Shown here piece after piece: positions 36,902-50,546 of a DNA stretch of 64,000 bases; the stretch's first letter is position 1, and each line of letters starts with the position of its first letter. Under the pieces are notes generated by a model. It saw only the letters and a program-made list of their open reading frames with translations, was not told the origin of the DNA and did no database searches. The position numbers were made by a program, and so were the translations under genes. The DNA is from Octopus bimaculoides (lineage: Eukaryota), in contig NC_068988.1 of NCBI RefSeq assembly GCF_001194135.2, forward strand, positions 54,710,533-54,774,532. The letters run 5' to 3'.

Positions 36902-39900
36902 NNNNNNNNNNNNNNNNNNNNNNNNNNNNNNNNNNNNNNNNNNNNNNNNNNNNNNNNNNNNNNNNNNNNNNNNNNNNNNNNNNNNNNNNNNNNNNNNNNN
37001 NNNNNNNNNNNNNNNNNNNNNNNNNNNNNNNNNNNNNNNNNNNNNNNNNNNNNNNNNNNNNNNNNNNNNNNNNNNNNNNNNNNNNNNNNNNNNNNNNNNN
37101 NNNNNNNNNNNNNNNNNNNNNNNNNNNNNNNNNNNNNNNNNNNNNNNNNNNNNNNNNNNNNNNNNNNNNNNNNNNNNNNNNNNNNNNNNNNNNNNNNNNN
37201 NNNNNNNNNNNNNNNNNNNNNNNNNNNNNNNNNNNNNNNNNNNNNNNNNNNNNNNNNNNNNNNNNNNNNNNNNNNNNNNNNNNNNNNNNNNNNNNNNNNN
37301 NNNNNNNNNNNNNNNNNNNNNNNNNNNNNNNNNNNNNNNNNNNNNNNNNNNNNNNNNNNNNNNNNNNNNNNNNNNNNNNNNNNNNNNNNNNNNNNNNNNN
37401 NNNNNNNNNNNNNNNNNNNNNNNNNNNNNNNNNNNNNNNNNNNNNNNNNNNNNNNNNNNNNNNNNNNNNNNNNNNNNNNNNNNNNNNNNNNNNNNNNNNN
37501 NNNNNNNNNNNNNNNNNNNNNNNNNNNNNNNNNNNNNNNNNNNNNNNNNNNNNNNNNNNNNNNNNNNNNNNNNNNNNNNNNNNNNNNNNNNNNNNNNNNN
37601 NNNNNNNNNNNNNNNNNNNNNNNNNNNNNNNNNNNNNNNNNNNNNNGCTGTTGAAATATAATATTCTACTCAAAGTTTGTTTTTTCTTGATGGATGGGAA
37701 CTGACTTTAGAATGCCTTTACTGAAAATAAGTGCTTTTAAAACCATGTTTTTTTGGGGGGGTTTTCCCACCCTGTTTCTTTATAATTTTTTGTTTTTATT
37801 ATCTGTAAACTGCTGTATTATTTGGTGCAAGAACACCTCAAAGTTAATTACTAACTTGTCTGCTACCTTTGCCCATCCATCAGTCAGCAGCATACACAAA
37901 CATTCACACATCTTTTTTTTGCTAAAGTTGTAATTTCATAGAAATTATTTAAAAAATTCATATATATATATATATGAGAGAGAGAGTTCTTTAGTCACCT
38001 GAACTTTTTGTTTTTTAAAATAAGTCTTAATTTATTTATATATTGATAATTGTTTTCAGTTTTGTATGTTTTCATTTAATACCTCTTCTAATGTTTAATA
38101 AACCGGTTTGTGTTATTTAGATAGAATTGGCTGTATTCAAGTTAATGTTTCCTTATTATTTATAGAATACGGATCTGTGCCGTTTACCTGTTACTGCCAG
38201 TCTTATTCCTCTTTCATACAAAAATTTGTTCCCTTACATCCTACCTAGCTCGTTATAGTTTTAGCAGGTTTGATTAGTCCAGCTCAGAGCAAGGCAAAGT
38301 AAACAGAAACTTAGCACTGATTTTAAAAAGTTTGCATTTTATTCCAACACCTCATTTACATTCTAACTCTTTTGCACAGGAGTTATATTTAGACAGATGT
38401 GTTCTACCATGGCACTTACTCTGCTGTTGTTACATTTATCAAATCTCACTCACTTGTAGCTTCATTTCCCTGCTGCTTTATGTTTATTTAATATTTCTTT
38501 CCTCTTTCTTCTATTTTGATGGTTATATGACATCATTCTTGTTTTTATTGTGTTTATTTAACCAAATGGGTTTTGTCCCACCTACATTATTGCCATCCAT
38601 GGTCAACCAATGGTAGTTTAGTTTCACTTTTGATTGCACTCAATTTTTGTGTTCTCATTTTTTTCCCCCCTTTCTTAATTTCTTTCCTACTTCTCAATTT
38701 AGTGATTTGATTTGATTTGCAGAATTGTAGTTGCCTCAGCATATGTAAATGTGTTTAGTAGTAAGTATATTCTGCGATAATGTTAATACGAGCCACATTT
38801 CCAATATTTAAAGCTTCTAAATGAAGAACAAGTTCAAACTGTCTAGTGGCTGATAAAAATTATAAGGAAATGAAGCTGATAAACACTTTTGAAGTTAACC
38901 TAGTTATTTGAGAAAATGATATCTGGGTCTTAATGAAGAACACACCGAAAAATATTCACCTGCCATTTCAATGTGTGGGGTTTTATAGCAAAAAAAAATA
39001 TTTTATATAGATTTGTTAAGAAATTTTAATGATTCTGTGTGTGCAAATATACTCCAACTGTTTTGTAATGGACATTACTGCATGTCTTGTACAGTGATTA
39101 TCTGGGAAAACAATAGCCAAAATGTTTTTGCCTAAGAGTAGTATTTCTGAGAAAGTGTCATTCAAACAGATCAGCCAAGAACCCTTCTAATGAGCTTCCT
39201 TATCCCAAATAATTTAATACTACGGTGACCCCAGTGATTGCAAGCAGTGCAGCATCCCACCTCTTTCCTTATCACCCCTGAGAATTATATACAGAAATGT
39301 CAACTGCCTCATTAGTTTCTTTTTTCCTGCTCATTATGTGTGGGTTATGAGGAGGCTATATCTGAATCGTAGTCTCCAACCAAGTAGTATACAACTGTCG
39401 GGCCTAGAAATGAAAAACATCAGTTCAGAGTTTGTTTGTTCTACTGAATTTTTCTTTTGGTTATCAGTTTATGAAATAGAACAAAAATAATACTGAAATG
39501 TCTGACTCTGATGAGTTATTGCCTCATCTAAATGTTGACCTGGCAGCTATTATTGACTAGTCTAAAGGTTAGAGGTTTGGTGGTCGTGCCATTGCCAGTA
39601 CTCCGTATATCAAGAAAGACTGCAATAGTTTACATAACACTACAGACCTTCCAACTATTATCAGAATATAAATATATTGTCTGTCTTATCAGTAAAAAAT
39701 ATCTTTTATTTCAGAGGATTAAAGGTATTAATTTAATACTTAACCATATTGGCCATTTCTGTAGCAGGAATTTATTTTTCTACATGTTACCCATCTGGAT
39801 TAGTTTGGTAGCAAATATATCATTTTACCTCTGTACACATCTGGCTTTACTGTACCTATAGCAATTTGAATATTTCTTAACAGATCTATTTCCTTTCAAA

Positions 39901-40529
39901 CATAGTGATGCCTTCTTTACTTGGCACAGTTATATTTGGACTAAAATAAGCTGAGGAGCCCTATTTTAGTCTGACTTGTTACAACAGATGGAATTTGACC
40001 AAATCAACTTTCAGTGTTGAATGATGCATTGCTGGGATATATCATTTAATATCTATAAACTTATCGCCTCTTTTTTGGCATCATTATCGTAATGATCATC
40101 CTTAATGTCAGTATTGCCTCATCATCACCAGCTGCATCAGATATATTTTCAAGTGTTAAAATATGATAGAACACCCAATATTTCAATGATTACTTCTGTC
40201 CTCTGTAAAAGATTTAAAACCTTCACAGAAATTAATTAGTCTCCACATACAAATAATTCCCAATTCCATTTCTGTATTTCCACATTTACCTACTGGGAGG
40301 TCTGCTTGGATTCAGCTGAAAATGAGCTTCTGTGCAACATTCAAAACCCATTTCAAGGGTTTTTCTCACTCATGATAAGTTGTAGTTTAAAAACTGAGAA
40401 ATATTATGTCAAGTACACACCTGGCAGTCTAAGGTCAGGTGGAACTTTAAGTTCAGAGAGGAATTTTGTAAACACAGATAAATGTTTATGAGGATTCTAT
40501 TTTCAGTCTCTTAATATTCCTTTATAGTC

Positions 40530-40640
40530 ATTCAGGGAATAAATTAGGAGATCAGGTGTGGTGTTCATTGGAACTTGTATTTGCTGATGACTTGGTACTC
40601 ATAGAAGAATCCCTCAAAGAACTACAGAAAAAAACTCCAA
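40530..40640 (+). mobile_element. LINE reverse transcriptase fragment (ELVFADDLVLIEESLKELQKK)
   Basis: YADD-like FADD catalytic motif with the RTE-type LLYADDLVLxAES context; isolated and decayed. Confidence 0.7.
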
Positions 40641-40717
40641 ACCTGAAAAAAAAGTTTAAAAAAAAAAAGAANNNNNNNNNNTTTAAAAAAAAAAAAGAAA
40701 GAAAGAAATTATCTCTA

Positions 40718-41075
40718 CAGGTGTGGCTGTCTGGTTAAGAATCTTGCTTTGCAACCACATGGCTTTGGGTTCAGTTTCATTGCACAGCACCTTAGGCAAG
40801 TGTCTTCTACTATAGCCCAGAGCCAACCAATGCCTTGTGAATGAATTTGGCTAATGGAAGCTTGTGTGTGTGTGTTTGTCCTACACCACCTTGACAACAG
40901 GTGTTGGTTTGTTTACATCCCCATAGCGTAGCAGTTTGCCAAAAGACACCAGTAGAATGTGCACCAGACTTAAAAAAAAAAAAAAGTTCTGAGGTTGATT
41001 TATTCAACTAAACCCTTCAAGGCAGTGCCCCAGCATGGCCACAGTACAATGAGTAAAACAAGTAAAAGATAAAAA
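40718..41075 (+). mobile_element. SINE family A (A1 tail)
   Basis: ggtgtggctgtctggttaagaatcttgc head through ggcagtgccccagcatggccacag tail. Confidence 0.78.
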
Positions 41076-42075
41076 AGAAAAAATATATAATCAAAAAGCC
41101 TAAAAGCCAACAATGCACTGACCGATTAGTGTCAAAGAACATATAATATCAGTCCCATCTGGGAAGTGGCCTTACTCGATATATAAAAAGGAGTTGGTGG
41201 TAAGAACTAAATACTCTCTTCTCTGTGTAAGTTATAGGTCCATAAAGTGCTCAGTGACATTGACTTGAACCTAGATATCAAACATAGTTGCTGTTCAGGA
41301 ATAGTTTAACCGTCTACAACATGGGGTCGGTTTGTTATTGGAACTATTTTGTAACATAGTAAATGTCTTTCTAGTAAATGAGGCTTATATTTATCATCAA
41401 AAACCAACATTATTACTACTACTGCTATTGCATACTTGTAGTGAGTTACATAAGTCTGCAAAACATTCTAGCCCTATTTATTTTATGCATGAATGCCAAC
41501 TTTCTAAGGTATAATTTAACAACTTCATGCCAAACTGTTGCTTTTTCTATCATCTGCCTATGAGATTCATTCTGACAACTAGAAATAAAGTCATCTCTCA
41601 CTGTGCAATTCCCCCCCCATCATTTAGTGATGTGTAGTTAGTTGTTTTGGGGTTTTTTTTCTTTTTACTGCGCCAAATATTTTCACAGTTCTTTATCTAA
41701 AAATAACTTCTCTAAAGTTTACTCTGGTAAACATAAACAAAAATCTTTGAAAAGGCAGGTAAAACAAGTTATCTTGCTTAACAGGCGTTAACCTAAGAAA
41801 ATCTCAGACATGGTATTCAGTTTTAGGTTTCTGAATACACTTAAGTCAATCCTTGATAAATAAGTAAGGCTTAAAAAAGTCTTTCTACTTTTCTGTCTAA
41901 TATAGTCCATAGGTTGAATTACTTTTTCAACTACTAACCCACTGATTGTCTTTTACTGCTTGTAGTAACTACCTACGCATCACTACTGGTCGGGCTGGTT
42001 TTTTAAAAAGATCTTACTTGATTATCAACATTCCTTCAGTGAATTTTTTTTTCTCTCTGCAGCAGTGAGAGTAAT

Positions 42076-42109
<34 letters not shown>

Positions 42110-42524
42110 GGAAGAAGAGTTATAAATTTAAGTACAAACTTGTATAATATATCTACATCTTCATTTCTACAAGATAATTCCAGTAACTTTCTGACAGCTG
42201 TCTTCATGGCTGATACAGAGTTGCAGTTATTTCTGATTAGTTTGGTCACAGACAGAATGGTTAGTTTGTTGCTCAGAAATTTACAGCTGCCAATGAGAGA
42301 AGGTTGCTGTGATAAGAACTGATGGAACCTGTTCCATTTGTCTTTCTCTCTTACTGGTTTCTATGTCTAATATTAGCTTGTAGATTTTTTAGCTGCTGCT
42401 GTTTATTGTACTCCTAAATGAGGGGACACTGCCCATGGTCTTGAAAGGTTCCAACTCTGGTGATGGAGTGAATGAGTGTTTGAGATGACAGCAGTTAATA
42501 TTTAACTTGGTGTAAGGTGGCGAG

Positions 42525-42730
42525 CTGGTAGAATCATAGCATGCCAACAAAATGCTAAGTCTCATTTTATCTGTCTTCATGTTCTGAGTTCAAATTCCAC
42601 CGAGGTCAATTTTGCCTTTTATAGTTTCAGGATCGATAAAATAAGAACCAGTTGAACACTGGGGTTGATCTAATTGACTTACCCCTCTCCCAGAATTGCT
42701 GGCTTTGTGCCAAAATATGAAATCAATATT
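42525..42730 (+). mobile_element. SINE family B (tail c)
   Basis: ggtggcgagctggtagaatc head, gagttcaaattccaccgagg, tail ttgtgccaaaatatgaaatc. Confidence 0.8.
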
Positions 42731-44729
42731 TAGTTTGATGAATTAGAAGGAATTGTTAGTAGATATAAATAGATGGTGATTGAGTATCAATGGGAATTAG
42801 TGATCTGAATAAAGTATTGCATGTCATATTTGGTGAGGGGTTGAGAGAGGGAGAGAGATAGTGTAAGTAATTAGTAGTTGAGTAGCTTTAGTATTTGCAA
42901 TCTCCCCTGAAAATATGTCTGGACTTGGGGGGTGAATATTACACTGTTTGGAAAATGGTGAGGGCTAGTAACAAGATCATCTGCCTAAATGAACCCCGTC
43001 TGACCTATGCAAGCATTGAAAGGTGTGTGTGTGTATGAAAGAGAAATAAAAATGAGGTGACAAAACAAAGCTTTCTCTTGCCAAAAGCTGAAAAAAAATA
43101 ATTTCATTATTTTAATAAAATTAATTGCAATAAAAAAAAATAAAAAAATGTTACTTTAATTGAAATTTTATTCAATAGTGATGAGATTAGTGAAAGATAA
43201 TCTGTGAGAATACAAAGCTGTTACAGAGCTAATAGCTAAATGTTTCATCAATGTAAAAAAAGAACAAATGACAATGTTTCCACTTTTTAGAAGTCACTTT
43301 TGTCTTTGCCTTATGCATGTGCATAAACCACTGCATGGTTAGCAATCAGAAACACCTATTTCTCAATCGGTCCTAATTCACTTATCAAGAGAAAGAATTC
43401 ATGTCTAAACATTCAATTATTGAAACTATGGATTGTAAAAAAATTAGATCTGGATTCCTTAAAAAAAATGACTTAACCTTTTTGTTACTCTACTTCTGTT
43501 GAAACATGCTGTTATTCGTCATCCTCGTTTAATATCCCTGTTCCATATTAACATGGTTTGAATGCTTTGACAGGATTCAATAGGCCCAGGAACTCCATTT
43601 TGCTCCAGTTGCTGCTTTGGTGTGGTTTCTCTGGTTGGATACCCTCCCTAATACCAACAACTCTGCAGTGTGTTTTGGGTGTTTTTTTTTCATGCGACCA
43701 GCACTAATGAGGTTACCATCAGCACAACTGATGGGAAGGCTTTATGATTGCTAAATATATAAGAGAAGGGGCCTGGGCAAAGCAGGCTTCTTGCTGTAGA
43801 AGAGTTTCATGACTACTCATATTTTAGAAGAAACAGGTGGAGCTGGAAAGCAATAAAAACAGTGGTGACATGGTCTCAAGATGGACCATTATGTTACGAA
43901 GAATATAGTAAAATATCTTTATTCACCTGGTGTTAGGGTTTTAAAATTACAAACAATTTCAATGGAAAGTTTTTATGTAGATCTTTAAAACAAGTAGCTT
44001 ATATCATAGAACTAGGGATGGTCTCAAGTGGGTTGGTATCAAAAAGGTTAAACAAATTAGTTGAAAATTGCTATTATGTTTTGAAATAACAGATGGAAGA
44101 ATTTGTGATTGAATCTTGATCACGTGATCTTGGCTGTGACGTATTGAAAGAGAATTACATTGAACAAGCCAGTGAGGGAGCGTTTAAATGGTTTGTTCAA
44201 CTTGCTTGAAATAGAAACTAAATGTCTCAATCACAGCCTACCTTCTTTAAAAAATGAGGATACTTTGGATTATGTATTTCTAGATAAACTCTGCGAAAAA
44301 CAAAAAGATGACTGGAGTACCTTTTGATCATAGGTCTTCTTGAATCATAGTTGACCTGGGGTTAAACCATAATAACTGTTATTGAATTTAATTAATTATG
44401 GAAGGGCAGTTAAATCGGAGGTCAATTAGTATGGTCACAAGCAATCTTATCATATCATCATGTGAAATATTGTGGTTTGACATGGTTCCAATATTTCAAA
44501 GTGAATGTTACATAATAATTTTACTTTTTCTTATACTAACCTACTTGTAATGGCTTCTAAGTTTCAATGATACAAACTCTCTCCTTTCAAAAGGTTCGTA
44601 TCATAATTTTCTAGCAACAACAGATTAAAAATGAAGAAGTTATTTTACTAATTTTGTCCTAGTTTTGTATTATTTTCCAAATTAATTGAAACAATGGTGC
44701 AGTTTTTGACTGGAATTATGTATGATCCA

Positions 44730-44945
44730 GGGCAGTGAGCTGGTGGAAACATTAGCACGCCAGGCAAAATGCTTAATGGTATTTCATCTGTCTTTACATT
44801 CTGAGTTCAAATTCCACCAAAGATGACTTTACCTTTCATCCTTGCAGGGTTGATTAAATAAGTACCAGTTGCAAACTAGGGTCAATCTAATCAACTGGCC
44901 CCCTCCCCAAAAATTTCAGGCCTTGTGCCTAGAGTAGAAAAGGAA
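44730..44945 (+). mobile_element. SINE family B (tail b)
   Basis: ggcagtgagctggtggaaac head; tail aaaatttcaggccttgtgcctagagtagaaaagg. Confidence 0.82.
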
Positions 44946-45392
44946 TTATGTGTGGTCCCAATGTTGGTTGCTCAGATTGTACCAGCGGGAGTCTTTCCAG
45001 CTAGCACAACAGCAACATTGGCAGACTGTAGTTCTTGTTGCTGTTGTATAGTCCTAATCAGTTTTGCTTAGTCTGGTATGCATGGAAGTTATCAATATAA
45101 TCAGACCAACAGAGCAATCCATTAAAACCAGCAGACCAATCTAGAGAATCAACAAGTTCACAACTTGTAAGATTCTGTAACACTTCACTAACACAATATG
45201 AAACTCTAATCAGGTTTAAGATCTCATTACTGGCAATCTTATGCTGTGTTTGGTTTTGCAATTAATAAATAGCATTTCTCTGAGAATCAAGAACAAGATG
45301 ATAGGAAAAATGTTGCAGATTAGTCCAGTTGGTGCTGCTATTGTACTAATTTCTAGCAGAAGTACAAAGACTCAAATTCTATGAAAGGTATA

Positions 45393-45543
45393 CGAGGCAT
45401 GTTCATAAACTATCTGACTTTATTTTTTCCTGCCAAAACTAATGCCATGTGGGCAAAATCCTTTGGATGGGAAGTGCATATGCATGAAAATTTTCATGCC
45501 AGTAGGCCCTGTCAATTCCCAGAAACTTTTTGGACATGCCTCA
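45393..45543. mobile_element. Tc1/mariner-type MITE, 151 bp, TA TSD
   Basis: TA|cgaggcatgttcataaact ... actttttggacatgcctca|TA; 19-bp TIRs with 4 mismatches, resembling mariner CGAGG..TGT.CAAAAAGT ends. Confidence 0.75.
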
Positions 45544-47023
45544 TATGGTCAATTAGATTACTTCTTTCCCTTCAGTATTTCACTGATACTTTATTTTAGT
45601 GGCTGTGGAAGCTTAAATAAGCTTCAGTAAGATTTGATCTTAAAATATGATTTTAGTCAAGGCATTTTATCTGACACGCTATCATTTCTGCTAATTCACT
45701 CACCTAACGAATTAAAATGATGATAGTTATGATCTATCCTGATTGTTAAAGCTTATTACAAAGGTTAACCCCACAGTATTTAAAGCATAAGGGTTAAAAT
45801 ACTTGATGGAAACCAAATGTTAGTCTCAGAAGTACCAAAAGAACTTCAAAAATAAGTTTAATGAAATAACTTGTTAATGACTTGAAGATTTTAGTGAAAA
45901 AATTACTTTCTTAATTACACTAAACAGGGCCTGCAAATTTTGACATTTACAGAAATTGTTGTTAAAGCACGTTTTTTTTTTTTTTTTGTGGTCGGTTAAT
46001 GTGCACTGGCTATGGCTTATGAGTGGGTGTCCTCTCTTCTCATTAATCTAATTTAAATGTGAAATGTGTCAAGCATTATTTAATATGTGGATGTACTGAA
46101 CTGAGTTGAGTAACATGTCTTACCTATAGATTCAATGTTGTATCCCAGACAGAGTTTGAGCCCGAGAATTGTAGAAAATATGATAGACTTGGTAAACAAT
46201 ATTTTGTAGATGATTTACTTGTCTCATTTTTTTCTTTTTTTTGTTATTGAATGTGTTTTAAGAGCGGGGGGATGGTGGTGTTCTGAATCCAACTTATAGA
46301 TCCACTCTGTATTACTGGTTGACAAAACCACCCCCACCAAAAGTTTTATGCCTACTGCTTTACTCTACCCACACCTCACCTATCTCCAACTGTATAACAA
46401 AAAATCACCTCTCTCTCTATCTCTCTCTCTCTCTCTCTCACTCGCTCTCTCTATCGCTCGCTCTCTCTCTGTCTCTCTCTGTCTCTCTCTGTGAAACTAA
46501 GAAAATGACTCCTGTTGACATTCTCTCATTTCTAAACCCCACTACCTCTCATGAAATTGGCCATCATCAACTCTTTCCTGAGAAACCACCTAGTCTGTTT
46601 GGCTGCAACTGTTAGTATTTGTAATCTCAGGCAAGCAATCATATGCACCCTCTCTCTTTCCCCCTCTCTCTTTCCCCCTCTCTCTCACTCCTTCTCGCTT
46701 TTTCTCTGTTTCCCCCCCCCCTTCTTTCTCTCTCTGTACTCACACATTCTGTCAGTCTTCTATTTAACTGAGATAAACTAGTAATTACTCGTGATGCCAT
46801 TATTCGCACAGAAACTGGCGGTGGGTGTTTTTGTTGTTGTCACTGCTTTGTTCCCTTTTATTGTTGTCTGGTCATATGTAATGAGTACCGAAAATTCTGG
46901 TGCTTTCTCCTTTGGTTGATACCAGGCAACTTGAACTATCTGCCAGTGGAACTTGGTGAGTTTTTTTTCTTCCTCCACTGCTGCTATTTCTTTATCTTAA
47001 GAAGTGATCATGCTCCCATACAT

Positions 47024-47080
<57 letters not shown>

Positions 47081-47659
47081 AACACAAACACACACATGTG
47101 CGCACACACACACACACCTGTTAAAAGACTCAGTCACTCTTGTTCTTCATTTTCACCTTCTCTATTTCTTGTTCCTCATCTATTGTTTTTTTAATTAATC
47201 TCATTACAATTTCAAATATGTTTATACCTCTGCACCCATACACACCAAACACACACTTATATGCACATGCACCTGTACATACACTCTGACTTCCACTTCC
47301 TTTCTTTCTTTCTTTCTTCATTTCTTTCTGTGAAATATTTTCACCAACACGATTTAAAAAACAAAAAAATCAAAGTAAGCGTCACCATTTCAAAATTCAT
47401 TGATGGTTACTGTTCTCTGGAGGCAAACTTTCATTGAAGCAAACCTATGGTTTGATGTTTTCATATGTTCACCTGAGGAGTTTCATTTAAATTTCTTGTC
47501 TTATAAAGTATACAAATGTTTTGAAAGTCACCTCTTCATAGTCTCCTCACCCAAAACATGAAAAATTTACTACTTTATCTAAGGAATTTTTATTTCATAA
47601 ATGCTATTACCATTATCATCAAGTCACTTGACTGAAACTTGGTGGAACCAGCTCCTACC

Positions 47660-47947
47660 CTTCCTCCTCTTCCACTTCTTCCTCTTCTTCTTCCTCTTCT
47701 TCTTCCTCTTCTTCTTCCTCTTCTTCTTCCTCTTCTTCTTCCTCCTCTTCTTCCTCCTCTTCTTCTTCTTCTTCTTCTTCTTCTTCTTCTTCTTCTTCTT
47801 CTTCTTCTTCCTCCTCTTCTCCCTCTTCTTCTTCTTCTTCTTCTTCTTCTTCTTCTTCTTCTTCTTCTTCCTCTTCTCCCTCTTCTTCTTCTTCTTCTTC
47901 TTCTTCCTCTTCTCCCTCTTCTTCTTCTTCTTCTTCTTCTTCTTCTT

Positions 47948-47978
<31 letters not shown>

Positions 47979-48002
47979 TTATTATTATTATTATTATTAT
48001 TA
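47660..48002. repeat. Compound (CTT/CCT)n tract followed by (ATT)n
   Basis: About 320 nt of pure pyrimidine triplets, then ATT repeats. Confidence 0.95.
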
Positions 48003-48043
48003 GTGAGGACAGTGTATTAGAGTGTAGTGGTGAACAACTCTAA

Positions 48044-48241
48044 CCCTTCTGTTATCTTATATCTGCTGAAATACTCTTCGTTTCAATTAATTTTGAAAAT
48101 AATGAAGAATTTAGTGAAATGGCTTTGTTATGAAGCTGGTGTTTGGAAGAAATTAAGATGAGATTTTGGTTTAGATCATTTCAAAATGGGAAGTTTGTAT
48201 CAGTATCAGGAGTTATCTCAGGTGGGTTGGCATCAAAAGGG
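48044..48241. mobile_element. piggyBac-like MITE, second family
   Basis: ctaa|cccttctgttatc ... ggcatcaaaaggg|ttaa; decayed relatives near 43915-44050 and 56615-56720. Confidence 0.55.
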
Positions 48242-50498
48242 TTAATGTCTTTGTAGTATTTAGGGGCATCCCTATTTGTTCTATGTTTAAAATCTGGCCA
48301 TGGTTGAGTTCATCATACATTGTTGCAGCCAGTATCAATATAATCAATACCAATCATGTACTGAAACAATTAAATCAACAGCATGTCCATGGCCTCTGGG
48401 CTGAAACATATAAAAGGATAAAAGAATATCTTTCCCTCAAAATGTGTGGCCTTGTGTTTTATGTTAGAAATCAAAAAGTCAGACTTCTCCATGAAATTCC
48501 AGTCCTGTGCATGTTTGAAATCCCCTCCTACATACACACACACACACACTTTAAGTTCTTATATTGTACCCCCCCCCCTGTGCTACGTAAAAGGCTCTAA
48601 GTCCACTCTACTGAGTGGTTGATGTTAGGAAGGGCATCCAGCTGTAAAAATCTTGCCAAAACTGTCGTAGAAGTTTGGTGCAGGCTTCGGCTTGGTGAGC
48701 TTTTCTACCGTCCCACCAAATTTGACAGAAATACTCATTGAGTGAGTGGCTTGAACTCATTAAATTTCTGTTTGATTATCTTTAAAACTGGCTGATGGAT
48801 GAATCAAAATGTTCTTTTTTCTTTTGTTACCTATGCATAAATGACAAACATGGGAAATAACTCTTGATGCCATTTTGTTGAAATATATTTATTAAATTAA
48901 ATTTTATTTTATCTTTGTGTGCAAATAGGTTATGCATGCCTTTTCTTTTCACTTTCCTTTTGCCTTCTTTTAAGTTTGATCTCATTGAGTAAAGATTTGT
49001 AGTACGTTTTTTCTCTTTTATTCCAAAATATAAGACATTTTCAAATGAGTTTTGTCAACCATTTCAACTGGCAAAGAATTAATTCTTAGAAACCAAAACC
49101 TCCTGAAAGAACACGAGTAAATTTTCTGGGCTTTTCAATACTGTTTCTAATAACAATATGAAATTATATCCCACAATTTTGCTGCCCACTATTTCTGAGT
49201 GGGTTCCAGAGGGCCCTCTTAGAAGTAAATGTTATTACTCTTTCCTGCTATGATAATAATAATAATAATAATAGTGTAAGTAGCTCAGACAATGGATATT
49301 ATCTGATCATCTCATTCTTGGTCTACCCCCAGGTCACCTGCCACTCGGCTCAGCTTGAAAAATCTGTATTGTGAATTTTTTTTACAGATTTTGTTCATTT
49401 ATTTCTGGTTCATAGCCATGTTTTAGGTTTTATATTTTGTATTTGAGGATTCAGAACAGTCTCTATATAGTCCTTGCAAATTCTCCTAGGTTGTATTTCA
49501 CTTCAGTAATTGAATCACTCTGTGTCTCCCTCTCTGTTTCCTAGTTATTCTTTCTACACTTCTATTTATTTCATTTATCTCAGTCTTCCATAAAAAAACA
49601 TTTTATTTTAACATGTAAGCATTATACACGTCTCTTCTGGGCCAAGCTTCCTTCAGACATTATCTAAGCCTCTTCAAATATTCATCTTTTACCAATACAA
49701 ATTGTGATGTTGGTGGCATTGATGACAATGATGATGATGATGATGATGATAAGCAGTCTTTGATCATTGTTGGAAATATTTTAAATTCTTAACTCTGCTG
49801 TTTAGAATCAAAGACAAAAAGACACCAATGAGAGAAGAGCAACAGTTTTGTTATTGGACTGTATTGTTAATTAACTCTTAATTGTAGTGTTATTTCTCCC
49901 TTCCTCTCACTTGCTCCTTCACTCCCCCTCATTCTCTCTCCCTCTCCTTTCTTTCTCTCCATCTCTCTCCTTTCTCCCTCTCTTTCCCTCCCTTTCTCTC
50001 CCTCTGCCTCGTTCACCCTATCTTCTCTCCCCCTGTCACATGGGTGCGTCTCTAACTTTATTAATAACCAAAGCTGCATAGTTGCTATTATTTCATATCA
50101 AACTTTACAGTGACATTTGTGCATATGTGTGTATACTCACACAAACACATATGAGATTGTGCTAAAACTTGAACTAAAGAGAAAAGCAATATATATTTAT
50201 GTAATATACATGCACACAAACACCCTTATACACACAACTGTACATATGTGTGTGTATTTACACAAGGAAGTAAGGAAGTAAACATGTAGGATTTTCTATG
50301 CGTTAAAGAGAGAGAGAGAGAGAATGTGTGTGTGTTTAGCCTCATTAAAAACTGATATACTCCCAGTAACATTTTAATTTATGATACAAAATTTCAGAGC
50401 TTCACATTATATATAGTCTTTAAAACCTGAACTTTCTTCTCTTCTCCCTCCCTCCCTCCTTCTTTCCACCATCATCACCACTACTAATTATAATAATG

Positions 50499-50546
<48 letters not shown>

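Noticed and set aside
16487-37673. Long ORF-track entries (250-314 aa)
   Set aside because: They are open only because they span N gaps or dinucleotide repeats.
38166-38250. Possible terminal exon EYGSVPFTCYCQSYSSFIQKFVPLHPT* after exon G
   Set aside because: The acceptor is plausible and in phase, but there is no nearby downstream polyadenylation signal or family similarity, so it is indistinguishable from chance.
41689-41758. 70-nt acceptor/donor pair in intron G-H
   Set aside because: Frameshifting with a stop, and the donor is only moderate (gtaaaa).
47601-48043. Poly-Phe and poly-Leu ORFs, and other poly-His/ER/YI ORFs
   Set aside because: Translations of microsatellites.
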